Below are positions 37,026-46,342 of a stretch of 64,000 nt of DNA, piece by piece; position 1 is the stretch's first letter; every line of letters starts with the position of its first letter. The stretch spans positions 48 through 64,047 of the forward strand of contig JAIOOW010000003.1 of assembly GCA_021414205.1 (NCBI GenBank). Reading direction: 5' to 3'. Origin of the DNA: Candidatus Anderseniibacteriota bacterium (lineage in GTDB: Bacteria; Patescibacteriota; Andersenbacteria; UBA10190). A program made the translations under genes and the position numbers. The notes under the pieces were generated by a model that saw nothing but the letters and a program-made list of their open reading frames with translations, had not been told where the DNA came from and ran no database searches.

Positions 37026-37595
37026 ATGAAATCAGATATTGTCTCGTATCTTATCATCGCCCTATGCGCGGGATGCGTATTTTTTGCGCAGCAACACATT
37101 CAAATTCCTGCAAATCCGCTCATCGCTGTTCCAGATAGCTTGCAACACATCAACTTTCATACACCAGTCATCACAACCGGCCTTGTCCTACCAGCGCATA
37201 TAGCCACCAACATGGTAGTCGGACCAGATCAAGGGACGATTATTATAAATAGCCTGGTTAGCATAGAAAAAAACGCATCCCTCACAATACAACCAGGAAC
37301 CACGCTTGCGGTGAGTGAATTCGGAGGCTTAAACGTATTCGGATCCCTATACGCCGTAGGCACCACAAATAAACCAATATCGTTTATCACCAACGAATTA
37401 AACGAGACAAACCGACATTGGGTGGGCATACTACTTCAAGACTTCAGCACATCACACATAAGTAACGTATCAATCCACCATGCATCTCCCGCAATAAGTT
37501 GCTCCGGTCAAGCGAAAACAAGCATTCAGCACATCACTTTTCTACTTGACGCCGTCGGGAATGCACGCAACACTGCTAACTGCACTATACAATAA
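37026..37595 (+). CDS. Hypothetical secreted protein (beta-helix-like).
   Basis: Signal peptide (IIALCAGCVFFAQQ) followed by Ser/Thr/Asn/Ile-rich repetitive beta-strand-like segments. Confidence 0.4.
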   Translation: MKSDIVSYLIIALCAGCVFFAQQHIQIPANPLIAVPDSLQHINFHTPVITTGLVLPAHIATNMVVGPDQGTIIINSLVSIEKNASLTIQPGTTLAVSEFGGLNVFGSLYAVGTTNKPISFITNELNETNRHWVGILLQDFSTSHISNVSIHHASPAISCSGQAKTSIQHITFLLDAVGNARNTANCTIQ

Positions 37596-37599
37596 TACT

Positions 37600-38112
37600 A
37601 TGTCCGGACATTCTAAATGGAGCCAAATAAAACGAGCGAAGGAAGTTACCGATAAAAAGAGGAGCCAGTTATTCGGCAAGCTTTCTCATGACATTTTGAT
37701 TGCTTCTGTATCCGGGACGGACCCAAAGGCAAACGCTGCCCTGCAAGACGCGATCGCGAAAGCGAGAAAAGGAAATATGCCCCAGAGCAATATTGATCGC
37801 CTTTTAGAACGCCAAGCAAAAAAGGGTACGCAGACAGTAACGTACGAGGGTTTTGGGCCAGGAGGAATTGCTATTCTTATTATTACCCTTACTGATAACC
37901 CAAATAGAACCGTCGCAGAAATCAGAGCAATTATGAAATCGCACGGAATGCAGCTTGGCGTTCCGGGAAGCGTTCAGTGGAAATTCGATGAGCAAAAAAA
38001 CCCAAAGTATCCCGTCCAACTAGAAGGCGAATTGAAAGATGCTGCAGACGCACTTGTTGATGAATTAGAATCACACAACGACACTGTGCAAATCGTTACA
38101 GATATTTTATAA
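37600..38112 (+). CDS. yebC: YebC/PmpR-family transcriptional regulatory protein, shortened form.
   Basis: MSGHSKWSQIKRAK is the family N-terminus. A central YEGFGPGGIAILI..TDNPNRT region and a C-terminal ...LESHNDTVQIVTDI are present. At 170 aa it is about 70 aa shorter than the usual approximately 240 aa. Confidence 0.7.
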   Translation: MSGHSKWSQIKRAKEVTDKKRSQLFGKLSHDILIASVSGTDPKANAALQDAIAKARKGNMPQSNIDRLLERQAKKGTQTVTYEGFGPGGIAILIITLTDNPNRTVAEIRAIMKSHGMQLGVPGSVQWKFDEQKNPKYPVQLEGELKDAADALVDELESHNDTVQIVTDIL

Positions 38113-38119
38113 TATACAT

Positions 38120-38587
38120 ATGATTATCCTCGGACTGGACCCGGGCATTGCTCGGACCGGTTATGGAATTATAAACACCGATGCTCCTTTTCAATTCGTT
38201 ACATGCGGATGTATTACGACGCTCCCCATATACCCACTCGAGCAACGACTAGATATTATTGCGCAAGATGTAACGAATCTTATAGATACGTACAATCCAG
38301 ACATTGGAGTTGTCGAGGAAATATTCTTTGGAAGAAACACAACTACGGCGATGAAAACCGCTCATGTGCGCGGAGTACTCCTCCAAATTCTGCATGCACG
38401 CCATATAACAGTTCAGGAACTCACGCCGCTTCAGATCAAATCTCGACTTACAGGGTATGGGGCTGCAACAAAAACACAAATACAAAACATGATAAAACAA
38501 CAACTACGCTTAACTTCTATCCCTCAACCAGATGATGCTGCAGACGCATTGGCGGCAGCATTATGCGCTGAAAAAATAACACTATGA
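38120..38587 (+). CDS. ruvC: Crossover junction endodeoxyribonuclease RuvC.
   Basis: MIILGLDPGIARTGYGII with the catalytic Asp, EE...FFGRN, and a C-terminal DDAADALAAAL are all classic RuvC. Confidence 0.9.
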   Translation: MIILGLDPGIARTGYGIINTDAPFQFVTCGCITTLPIYPLEQRLDIIAQDVTNLIDTYNPDIGVVEEIFFGRNTTTAMKTAHVRGVLLQILHARHITVQELTPLQIKSRLTGYGAATKTQIQNMIKQQLRLTSIPQPDDAADALAAALCAEKITL

Positions 38588-40122
38588 AACCATTTTTCCA
38601 ACAGACAATTTTAACATCTCTATGCGCAGGAGTAATCTTTGGAACTGCACTACTGGCGCATGCCCAAGACACGCCTCAGAACAAACTATCCGTACATATC
38701 ACCCAAGGAAGCAATCAGTCATTCGTTGGAAAATTAAACAACTTCTCTCTTGCAGATCAGCAAAATCTGGACCCAGCTCACATAAACACTGTCTGGACAT
38801 TTGGAGATGGCACAAAGTCAGAAGGATCTTCCGTGAGCCACGCATATAAACTATCCGGCACATATGCAGTAAAAGTTACACAGACAGACGATAGCGGACA
38901 AATTGCCGAAGATACTACGCAGATTACCGTTTTCACTCACGTAGCAATCCTACTCATCGATAATTCATTCCCAAGCGATCAAATAGAAGTGAAGCAACAA
39001 GAAGCTGCCCGCGAACAAGTTCTTCTTGTCGTTATTCAGCCAAAAACAAACGGACCAGAAACAGTAACAGAAGAAGCGCTTACTAATCAATTACTGGATG
39101 CGCGCGACGCCGTATTAAAAGCGAACTATATCCTCGTTGAAACTTCTGGAAGCGTTGGATCGAGCGCATTATCGAAGCTTGCACAGCACATCAAACAGTC
39201 CTCGGACTTATCGTTTGAAGACTTGGGAATCAAAGATAAGGGTATCTTCATACTATCAAACACCCCCTTTGGAGTCTTGGCGCCCGCAGCACAGTCCGCG
39301 TTCGATCAACTACGACCAAATTACGTCCTGCTTACAAAACCAGAGGCAATGGATTTGATTCTCGAACCGATGACGGCTGAGGAAGCTAAGCAAACTATTA
39401 TCACCTCCCCAATCGACCATCGACTGCTTGGTCCATTTAGTGCACGCACCGTAAAAGACATAGGAATTACTAATTTCATATCATTCGGAATCAATTACTT
39501 AGTAAATAAAGGTGTGCCTATAAATAGCATCACCCTTATCTTAATGCTGCCCGTCATCGCCACTATTCTATCTTTCTCGCGACAAGTAATCGGAATGAAG
39601 GCGTTTGGACTCGTGACCCCAACCATGACAACACTCAGCTTTCTCGTGATGGGTCTTCCATATGGCCTCATTATCTTTTCCGCGGTACTGCTTTCAGGAA
39701 CGCTCACTCGTCTCATCCTCAAACGCCTACATCTCCTCTACTTGCCTCGCATGGCCCTCGTCTTAACAAGCGCCAGTATTGCGATATTGCTCGTATTCGG
39801 ACTTGGCGCGTCTACTGACAATTCGATCCTAGCCTCATTCTCCATATTCCCCATCCTAATGCTCACCTTACTTGCAGAAGAATTTATCGCACTACAATTT
39901 AAGTCTGGAGCAAAAAGCGCATTCACCGTCACTACCTGGACGCTCGTATTATCTATCGGATGTTACTTTATTGTCAGCTGGCAACTGCTTCGAACAATTA
40001 TTGTGTCCTATCCGGAAATTGTCTTGTTGACGCTTCCTCTTAACATCTTGTTCGGCCGATGGAGCGGACTACGCATCACGGAATACATTCGATTCCGCCA
40101 CCTTCTTCGATACATCCAATAA
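38584..40122 (+). CDS. Secreted PKD-domain protein with a C-terminal 7-TM bundle (7TM_transglut-like receptor module).
   Basis: Signal peptide, a PKD domain (WTFGDGTKSEGSSVSHAYKLSGTYAVKVTQTDDSGQ), an approximately 180-aa globular region and seven predicted TM helices in the last approximately 210 aa. ATGA overlap with ruvC. Confidence 0.55.
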   Translation: MKPFFQQTILTSLCAGVIFGTALLAHAQDTPQNKLSVHITQGSNQSFVGKLNNFSLADQQNLDPAHINTVWTFGDGTKSEGSSVSHAYKLSGTYAVKVTQTDDSGQIAEDTTQITVFTHVAILLIDNSFPSDQIEVKQQEAAREQVLLVVIQPKTNGPETVTEEALTNQLLDARDAVLKANYILVETSGSVGSSALSKLAQHIKQSSDLSFEDLGIKDKGIFILSNTPFGVLAPAAQSAFDQLRPNYVLLTKPEAMDLILEPMTAEEAKQTIITSPIDHRLLGPFSARTVKDIGITNFISFGINYLVNKGVPINSITLILMLPVIATILSFSRQVIGMKAFGLVTPTMTTLSFLVMGLPYGLIIFSAVLLSGTLTRLILKRLHLLYLPRMALVLTSASIAILLVFGLGASTDNSILASFSIFPILMLTLLAEEFIALQFKSGAKSAFTVTTWTLVLSIGCYFIVSWQLLRTIIVSYPEIVLLTLPLNILFGRWSGLRITEYIRFRHLLRYIQ

Positions 40123-40127
40123 GCGCT

Positions 40128-41441
40128 ATGGCGGCATTTCTAAACAAAAAATGGGGAGATATTTTGGGCATGAATTCTCGCATGTTGGATTATATTATCA
40201 AATCCAATTCACCTGAATCGATCCGTATTGCAAACAATAAATTAGCTACAAAAAAAGCTCTTCAAAAAGCAGGGTTAGCAACTCCTCGCCTGTTCGCAGT
40301 AGTCCGCAATCGAACTGAATTACGAAAATTCAGATGGACAAAACTCCCCGCTTCTTTTGTGCTAAAACCAACATCCTCCTCTGGTGGAGGTGGAATTATC
40401 GTAATGTTCGGCAGAAACAAAAAAGGTAACTGGGTAAAAGCGAATAAGACGGAAGTTTTTATTCCTGAGCTCAAGGCTCATATTCAAGATATTTTGGATG
40501 GAAACTTCTCAAAAGGAAATGTCCCAGATACCGCCTTTTTTGAACAACGAGTAAAGATTCATGCAACATTAAAGCCCTATTGCGTAAAAGGAATTCCGGA
40601 TGTCCGAGTCATTATCTACAACCAAGTCCCCGTGATGGCCATGCTCCGGTTACCCACCGAAGAATCTCACGGCCGGGCAAACCTCCATACTGGCGGAATT
40701 GGTGCGGGGATAGACATATCGACCGGACTCACAACGTCAGCTATTCGACACCACAAGCCAATAGACAAAACGCCACATAATCACTTGCGAATTTCCGGCA
40801 TCCAAATTCCGTTCTGGGACGACATTCTCTTGCTTGCTTCACGAGCGGCTCAGGCATGCGGACTTAATTATGTTGGGGTTGATATCGCAATCGACAGAGA
40901 CGACGGTCCGCTCGTTCTTGAAGTAAACGCGCGGCCGGGATTAGACATACAATTCGCTAACCTTTCTCCGCTCAAGTCTCGCCTGCGCAGAGTGGAGGGG
41001 TTAAAAATGAAAAGCATCGAAAAAAAAATACAACTGGCAAAAAACTTATTTGGCGCTGAGTTAGACCAGGAAATTGAAGATATTTACGGCCATACCGTGC
41101 TTGGAATTGAAGAAGAGGTCATTATCTTTGATCATGAAGGGCGACAATACCCCGTGCTTGCAAAAATAGATACTGGCGCATACAGAACTACTATAGATGA
41201 AAACCTGGCTATTCGTCTGGGCATCAATTCCCCTGTCATTATCCACAAAGGCGTCCGAGGAGCGCTCGGAAGGCAAACTCGGCCCGTAATCTCCCTGGAA
41301 ATGTCTCTCAGAAATAGGAATATTAAAACACATGCCTCTCTTATTGACCGTTCTCATATGAAATACGATATGATTATAGGAAGGCGTGACATGAAGGGGT
41401 TTTACGTAAATCCTTCTAAAATACGCCAAACAGTCTTATAG
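40128..41441 (+). CDS. RimK-like ATP-grasp alpha-L-glutamate-ligase-like enzyme fused to a C-terminal retropepsin-like (DTGA) peptidase domain.
   Basis: The ATP-grasp core contains FVLKPTSSSGGGGIIVM, VIIYNQ...MLR and NLHTGGIGAGIDISTG (RimK family). The C-terminal approximately 100 aa carries VLAKIDTGAYRTTID, matching the PF05618 retropepsin-like 'Zn-protease' motif (AKxDTGA). The ATG at 40128 lies 5 nt after the upstream stop. Confidence 0.65.
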   Translation: MAAFLNKKWGDILGMNSRMLDYIIKSNSPESIRIANNKLATKKALQKAGLATPRLFAVVRNRTELRKFRWTKLPASFVLKPTSSSGGGGIIVMFGRNKKGNWVKANKTEVFIPELKAHIQDILDGNFSKGNVPDTAFFEQRVKIHATLKPYCVKGIPDVRVIIYNQVPVMAMLRLPTEESHGRANLHTGGIGAGIDISTGLTTSAIRHHKPIDKTPHNHLRISGIQIPFWDDILLLASRAAQACGLNYVGVDIAIDRDDGPLVLEVNARPGLDIQFANLSPLKSRLRRVEGLKMKSIEKKIQLAKNLFGAELDQEIEDIYGHTVLGIEEEVIIFDHEGRQYPVLAKIDTGAYRTTIDENLAIRLGINSPVIIHKGVRGALGRQTRPVISLEMSLRNRNIKTHASLIDRSHMKYDMIIGRRDMKGFYVNPSKIRQTVL

Positions 41442-41444
41442 CCT

Positions 41445-44270
41445 ATGCCTACACGCAAATACAACAGACATCACCATATCGCGACATCGCTCTCGCGTAG
41501 ATTTTTTACAAAAAAAATCTTTTTTCGAGCGCTCTCTGGCATAGGAATTCTGCTCATAGTATTTGCCGGCGTAGTGCTCTGGTGGAGTCGAGACTTACCA
41601 GATCCGAGCAAGCTGCAGCCCGGCCATGTAGCCGAATCTACGAAAATATACGACTCAACCGGCACACAGCTATTGTATGAGGTTGGCGATATTAAACACA
41701 CAGAAGTGCCCCTTGATCAAATATCCAAATTCGCTGTTGATGCCCTGCTAGCAGCCGAAGACGACCAATTCTATAACGAACATGGCATATCTATCACGGG
41801 CATACTGCGCGGCGTTATCTTAAAACCCCTAAGCGGACAGCGAGCTGAGGGGGGTTCTACTATTACTCAGCAACTGGTAAAAAATTCCTTACTCACATCC
41901 GACAGAACCATTCAAAGAAAAGTAAAAGAATTGGTGTTGTCCTTGGAATTAGAGCAGCGATTCTCAAAAGACCAAATACTTTCAATGTATTTAAATAGTA
42001 TTCCATACGGAAGTCGTGCATACGGGATAGAGTCTGCCTCACAAACGTTTTTTGGAAAATCGTCAAAAGATCTCGATATATCTCAAGCAGCCATCCTTGC
42101 AGCGCTCGTTCAAGCACCAAGCCACTATTCTCCATACGGATCATACCTCGATGATTTAAAAACTCGCCAACAATACATTATTGGACGAATGGCGACGCTT
42201 AACATGATAACGAAAGACCAGGCAGAACAAGCAAAAGCAGAACCTCTCGCTTTCCAGCCTCAAACTGACAACATCATTGCGCCACACTTCGTTTTCTATA
42301 TTCAAGACCTCCTCGACCAAGAATACGGCGCGCAAGTAGTTGATCAAGGTGGCTTAAAAATCATCACCACACTTGATATGCGTTTACAGAAAATAGCAGA
42401 GGATACGCTCAAGAAATATCAAGCGAAACTCACTGCGAATGGTGCAAAAAATGCCTCAATCGTCGCAATTGATCCGAAAAATGGAAATATTCTGGCAATG
42501 GTCGGCTCAATTGATTATTTCAATAAGGATATCGATGGAAACGTGAACGTATCTATCCGAAATCGCTCCCCAGGATCATCGTTCAAGCCTTTTATATACG
42601 CACAAGCGTTTGCGGAAGGATATAGACCGGAAACCCTATTAGTTGACGCCAACACTGACTTCGGCCAAGGATACACTCCTCAAAACTACGACCTCAAAGA
42701 ACACGGGATCGTATCAATGAGAACGGCACTCGACAACTCTCTTAATATTCCCGCCGTAAAAACACTTTACTTAGCAGGTGTTAAGAATGTCGTAGCGCTT
42801 GCCCAAAAAATGGGTATTCCAACTCTGACAAACCCTGATCAATACGGGCTATCTCTTGCGCTTGGAGGTGGCGACGTAACCCTTCTCGACATGACGTCGG
42901 CATATGGCGTATTTGCAAACGAAGGGGTCCAATTTCCTCCGCGAGCTATCTTGAAAATCGATCACGGAAGTCAGAACGTATTCGACTCAAGTAAAAATCA
43001 GCCTCAAGGCAATGCAGCACTTGATCCTCAAATAGCGCGGATTGTTACAAACGTACTATCGGACAATAATGCCCGCGGCATGGTATTCGGGCTTAACAGC
43101 TATTTGCAGCTTGGAGCACGCCCGGTTGCTGCTAAAACAGGAACCTCTCAAGACTTTAGAGACGGTTGGACATACGGGTATACCCCTTCCCTAGTTGCTG
43201 GTGTATGGACGGGCAATAATGATAACTCCCCAATGAGAAATAACTCAGACGGGGTCGTAACTGCCGGTCCTATTTGGAACACATTTATGAAACAAGCCCT
43301 CAGCAATACTCCAATAGAACAGTTCACCGCTCCAGAACCTCTCTCGCCGGCAAGCAATAGCATGGTCAACGGACAATTACCGCAAGTCAAAGGAAAATGG
43401 GTTGCGGACACCCAAACACTCTATACCCCAGACTGTCCGATTGACGCGGGAGAAATGAGGACGTTTGAAGAAGTGCACAGTATTCTATTTTATACGAGAA
43501 GAGGTGACCCGAATGGCCCACCTCCTGCCCAAGCAGAGTCAGACCCTCAATTCGCCAGCTGGGAAAATGGCGTATCGGCATGGATAGCTAAGCAGAATCA
43601 AGCAAACCAAGCAGACCCAACGCAGCCAATATACACATCCTCGCTTCCGACCCCTTCGTGCAACATAGGAAGCTCCGATGAATTGCCTCAAGTGCGCATC
43701 ACTTCGCCTGCAGAAACAATTCTTCGAAGCAGTCCCGTAACAGTTACTGCCACCGTCGACTCTAGCCACCCACTCAAGACTGTTCGCTTCTTGCTCGATG
43801 GACAAGAAATAGCCTCATTGCAACCAGGCGACTCTTATAAGGCATCCTTCTCATTCCCTTCATCATTCGCAGGAAGAAAAACACTCGTTATTCAAGCTAT
43901 AACACAGGATAACCTCATTGGAACGGCACACAGGACCTTTATTATCAATCCAGATCCATCAGCTCCAATCGTTACCCTAAACGTCCCTCAAAATGGCTCA
44001 ACCGTGGCATCTCTGCCATACACCATCAAAGTAACTGCAACGGCCCACGCAGGCATAGACTTTGTAGATATTCTATACACAAAAGATGGTGGAAACGGCA
44101 CGCAACGAATTGCGCGAGTAACTGCTCCATCTGCAAGCGGTCCTAATAGATGGGACACCACCTGGCAAGACTCAAGCGGTCCGGGAACATACCACATATA
44201 CGCTGTTGCATACGACAAGACAGGCAACACGACGCAATCAAGCGTAAATACCGTAAACGTTCAGCAATAA
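41445..44270 (+). CDS. Class A penicillin-binding protein (PBP1A-type) with C-terminal Ig-like extensions.
   Basis: N-terminal TM segment, GT51 transglycosylase motifs (EDDQFYNEHGIS, GGSTITQQLVKN), transpeptidase motifs SxxK (SSFKPF), SxN and KTGT, then an approximately 250-aa C-terminal beta-rich extension. Confidence 0.9.
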   Translation: MPTRKYNRHHHIATSLSRRFFTKKIFFRALSGIGILLIVFAGVVLWWSRDLPDPSKLQPGHVAESTKIYDSTGTQLLYEVGDIKHTEVPLDQISKFAVDALLAAEDDQFYNEHGISITGILRGVILKPLSGQRAEGGSTITQQLVKNSLLTSDRTIQRKVKELVLSLELEQRFSKDQILSMYLNSIPYGSRAYGIESASQTFFGKSSKDLDISQAAILAALVQAPSHYSPYGSYLDDLKTRQQYIIGRMATLNMITKDQAEQAKAEPLAFQPQTDNIIAPHFVFYIQDLLDQEYGAQVVDQGGLKIITTLDMRLQKIAEDTLKKYQAKLTANGAKNASIVAIDPKNGNILAMVGSIDYFNKDIDGNVNVSIRNRSPGSSFKPFIYAQAFAEGYRPETLLVDANTDFGQGYTPQNYDLKEHGIVSMRTALDNSLNIPAVKTLYLAGVKNVVALAQKMGIPTLTNPDQYGLSLALGGGDVTLLDMTSAYGVFANEGVQFPPRAILKIDHGSQNVFDSSKNQPQGNAALDPQIARIVTNVLSDNNARGMVFGLNSYLQLGARPVAAKTGTSQDFRDGWTYGYTPSLVAGVWTGNNDNSPMRNNSDGVVTAGPIWNTFMKQALSNTPIEQFTAPEPLSPASNSMVNGQLPQVKGKWVADTQTLYTPDCPIDAGEMRTFEEVHSILFYTRRGDPNGPPPAQAESDPQFASWENGVSAWIAKQNQANQADPTQPIYTSSLPTPSCNIGSSDELPQVRITSPAETILRSSPVTVTATVDSSHPLKTVRFLLDGQEIASLQPGDSYKASFSFPSSFAGRKTLVIQAITQDNLIGTAHRTFIINPDPSAPIVTLNVPQNGSTVASLPYTIKVTATAHAGIDFVDILYTKDGGNGTQRIARVTAPSASGPNRWDTTWQDSSGPGTYHIYAVAYDKTGNTTQSSVNTVNVQQ

Positions 44271-44281
44271 GCGCCCAAAAA

Positions 44282-44992
44282 CTACGATGGATGCATGAAT
44301 TCTTTCCAGCGAAGATACAGCTCCGCCGTCGCGATAATGTCGCGAGCGTTATACTGGGCAATTTCAAATCCGCGCCCATCCTTATACGCCTGGGCCACAT
44401 CTTTACCAGCAATTCCACCGCCCTTTGGGCTCTCAATACCCATTGCAGTTGTCCATAAGTGCAGACTTCCCGCCCGCTGCACAGACCCATAATATCGCAA
44501 TTGGTCATATAAATCGGTGTGTATCATTCCACCCCAAGACTTATTGCCGAATCGATTACTCATCAAATCACGCGATACGTGCACGCCATTAACACCAGAA
44601 CGCGCGATCAAATAAGGAATATCAAACCCGCGCCCATTGAATGTTATACACTCATCGTACTGAGAAACGCCTCCCCAAAACGCCTCTAACATACTCTTTT
44701 CGCTCCTTTGTTTGTAGGTAATATTACCCTCAACAACTTCCCCATGCTCAGCCGTAGGGTCTTGGAAAGAAACAACCCCAGTCTTCTGCTCTAGGTCATA
44801 TACCCCAATCACAACAACCTGCCCCATCAATGGAGAAAACTGCAGTTCCTGGACGCGCTTATTAAACTCCTCATCATATTCGGGGGTTCCTTTCTCAAAT
44901 CCAATATGCTCAAGAATGTCTTTTTTTGTGACCTCGTCAAAGGCATCAAAATCATTCCCAACCGTCTCAATGTCTACAACAATTCGTTTCAT
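44282..44992 (-). CDS. RNase H-like / DEDD-type 3'-5' exonuclease family protein (YprB-like).
   Basis: MKRIVVDIETVGNDFD (acidic DxE), downstream F.NG..FD.PY, and H..LYD are consistent with the RNase_H_2/PolB-exonuclease-like family. Confidence 0.5.
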   Translation of the reverse strand: MKRIVVDIETVGNDFDAFDEVTKKDILEHIGFEKGTPEYDEEFNKRVQELQFSPLMGQVVVIGVYDLEQKTGVVSFQDPTAEHGEVVEGNITYKQRSEKSMLEAFWGGVSQYDECITFNGRGFDIPYLIARSGVNGVHVSRDLMSNRFGNKSWGGMIHTDLYDQLRYYGSVQRAGSLHLWTTAMGIESPKGGGIAGKDVAQAYKDGRGFEIAQYNARDIIATAELYLRWKEFMHPS

Positions 44993-44994
44993 AT

Positions 44995-45267
44995 CTACTC
45001 CAGCATAACGCGAATACTCCCAATCTCACAATCCAGCTCTTTTTTCACCTTCTCACGCACGTCATGCTCAGCGAGAAGCGCCGTCTGGGCAGCCAAGGGG
45101 TCATGAAGACGAATACGAACAATAACCCCCATGCCGCTGACTGCGCAGTACACCGCATCTGTGTGTAATAGCTCGCGATAAAAATGCTCAACGTAATACT
45201 GAATATCGGCATCAGTAATGTCCACTGATCGCTTCTCAAATAATCCAGATACCGACTGAAAAGCCAT
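44995..45267 (-). CDS. DUF721 (DciA-like) protein downstream of recF.
   Basis: An approximately 90-aa protein whose pattern (VVRIRLHDPLAAQTALLAEHDVREKVKKELdceIgsIRV) matches DUF721 and sits in the conserved position after recF. The start is at the internal Met at 45267. Confidence 0.5.
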   Translation of the reverse strand: MAFQSVSGLFEKRSVDITDADIQYYVEHFYRELLHTDAVYCAVSGMGVIVRIRLHDPLAAQTALLAEHDVREKVKKELDCEIGSIRVMLE

Positions 45268-45274
45268 AACAAAC

Positions 45275-46339
45275 CTACGAGGAAGCAAGCGTCCTGATAT
45301 CAATAATAGCAACATCGCTCTTCGCCCGAATTGCTTCTGGAATCGATGTACACGTCAAAATTGTTTGCGATCCAGGAAGGTGACTCAGCAAACTCTCCTG
45401 CCTTACAGGGTCAAGCTCGCTCAATATTTCATCGAAAAGCAAAATTGGATTCCGACCTATTCGTTGCTCTATAAAGGCGCGAGAAGCAACCTTAATAGCA
45501 ATAACAAGTCCTCGAACTTGACCCCGAGAAAGTACCGCATCCGCCGGCCTACCATCTACAGCAACAGCTAGATCATCTCGATGAGGGCCATAAAGCGTAT
45601 GCTTATATTTTTTCTCATACTCCCAAGATTCGTACAAAATATCTCCCAAGGACTCAGTAGATGGTGCGCCTAATGTAAGGGAAACCCGAATATCCCGATC
45701 TTCAAAAAAAAGTTCTTTATACAGTGCGGAAACACGATTATTTAAAAAATCCACAAACTCAAGCCGCTCAAACCAAATCGGCTGTGCATATTCAACCAAC
45801 AAGCTCGTCCAAGCCTGAATATCTTCAAACGTTTTCGCATGCTTAATCGCCATATTCCGCTGACGCAATACTCTATGATATTGAACAATACTAGATAAAT
45901 ACTTCTGAGAACCCGCAAGCGCAGAATTTAAGAAATTTCTCCTTCCGACCGGCCCCCTATTGAACAAAAACGCATCCTCTGGGAGAAAAGCTACGTAAGG
46001 ATACTTCCCGAAAAACGTAACAGGAGAAACGAGGGATCCATTTTCCTGAATACGCATTTTTTTCTGCGCCACAGTGTACTCAACCGACAGCTTTACTAAC
46101 CCCTCCTCCGTATCAACCTGCCCCTGAACCACAAAACTATCCCTTCCCCAAGAAACGCACTCCTCTGCCCGCGAACGAAACGATCTCGCACGAAGCATCA
46201 TAACAATTGCTTCTAAAAAATTGGTTTTTCCGCTTGCGTTTGGGGCCAAAACTGCAATAAGGGGCGCTTCTGGAAAAACAAGCTGATCAATATGATCAAA
46301 ATTCCGAAACTGGTGCGCCGAAAAAGAATAAATTCTCAT
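45275..46339 (-). CDS. recF: DNA replication and repair protein RecF.
   Basis: Walker A PNASGKTNFLEAI at the N-terminus, an SMC-like signature and a C-terminal LLFDEILSELD. Confidence 0.9.
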   Translation of the reverse strand: MRIYSFSAHQFRNFDHIDQLVFPEAPLIAVLAPNASGKTNFLEAIVMMLRARSFRSRAEECVSWGRDSFVVQGQVDTEEGLVKLSVEYTVAQKKMRIQENGSLVSPVTFFGKYPYVAFLPEDAFLFNRGPVGRRNFLNSALAGSQKYLSSIVQYHRVLRQRNMAIKHAKTFEDIQAWTSLLVEYAQPIWFERLEFVDFLNNRVSALYKELFFEDRDIRVSLTLGAPSTESLGDILYESWEYEKKYKHTLYGPHRDDLAVAVDGRPADAVLSRGQVRGLVIAIKVASRAFIEQRIGRNPILLFDEILSELDPVRQESLLSHLPGSQTILTCTSIPEAIRAKSDVAIIDIRTLASS

Positions 46340-46342
46340 ACA

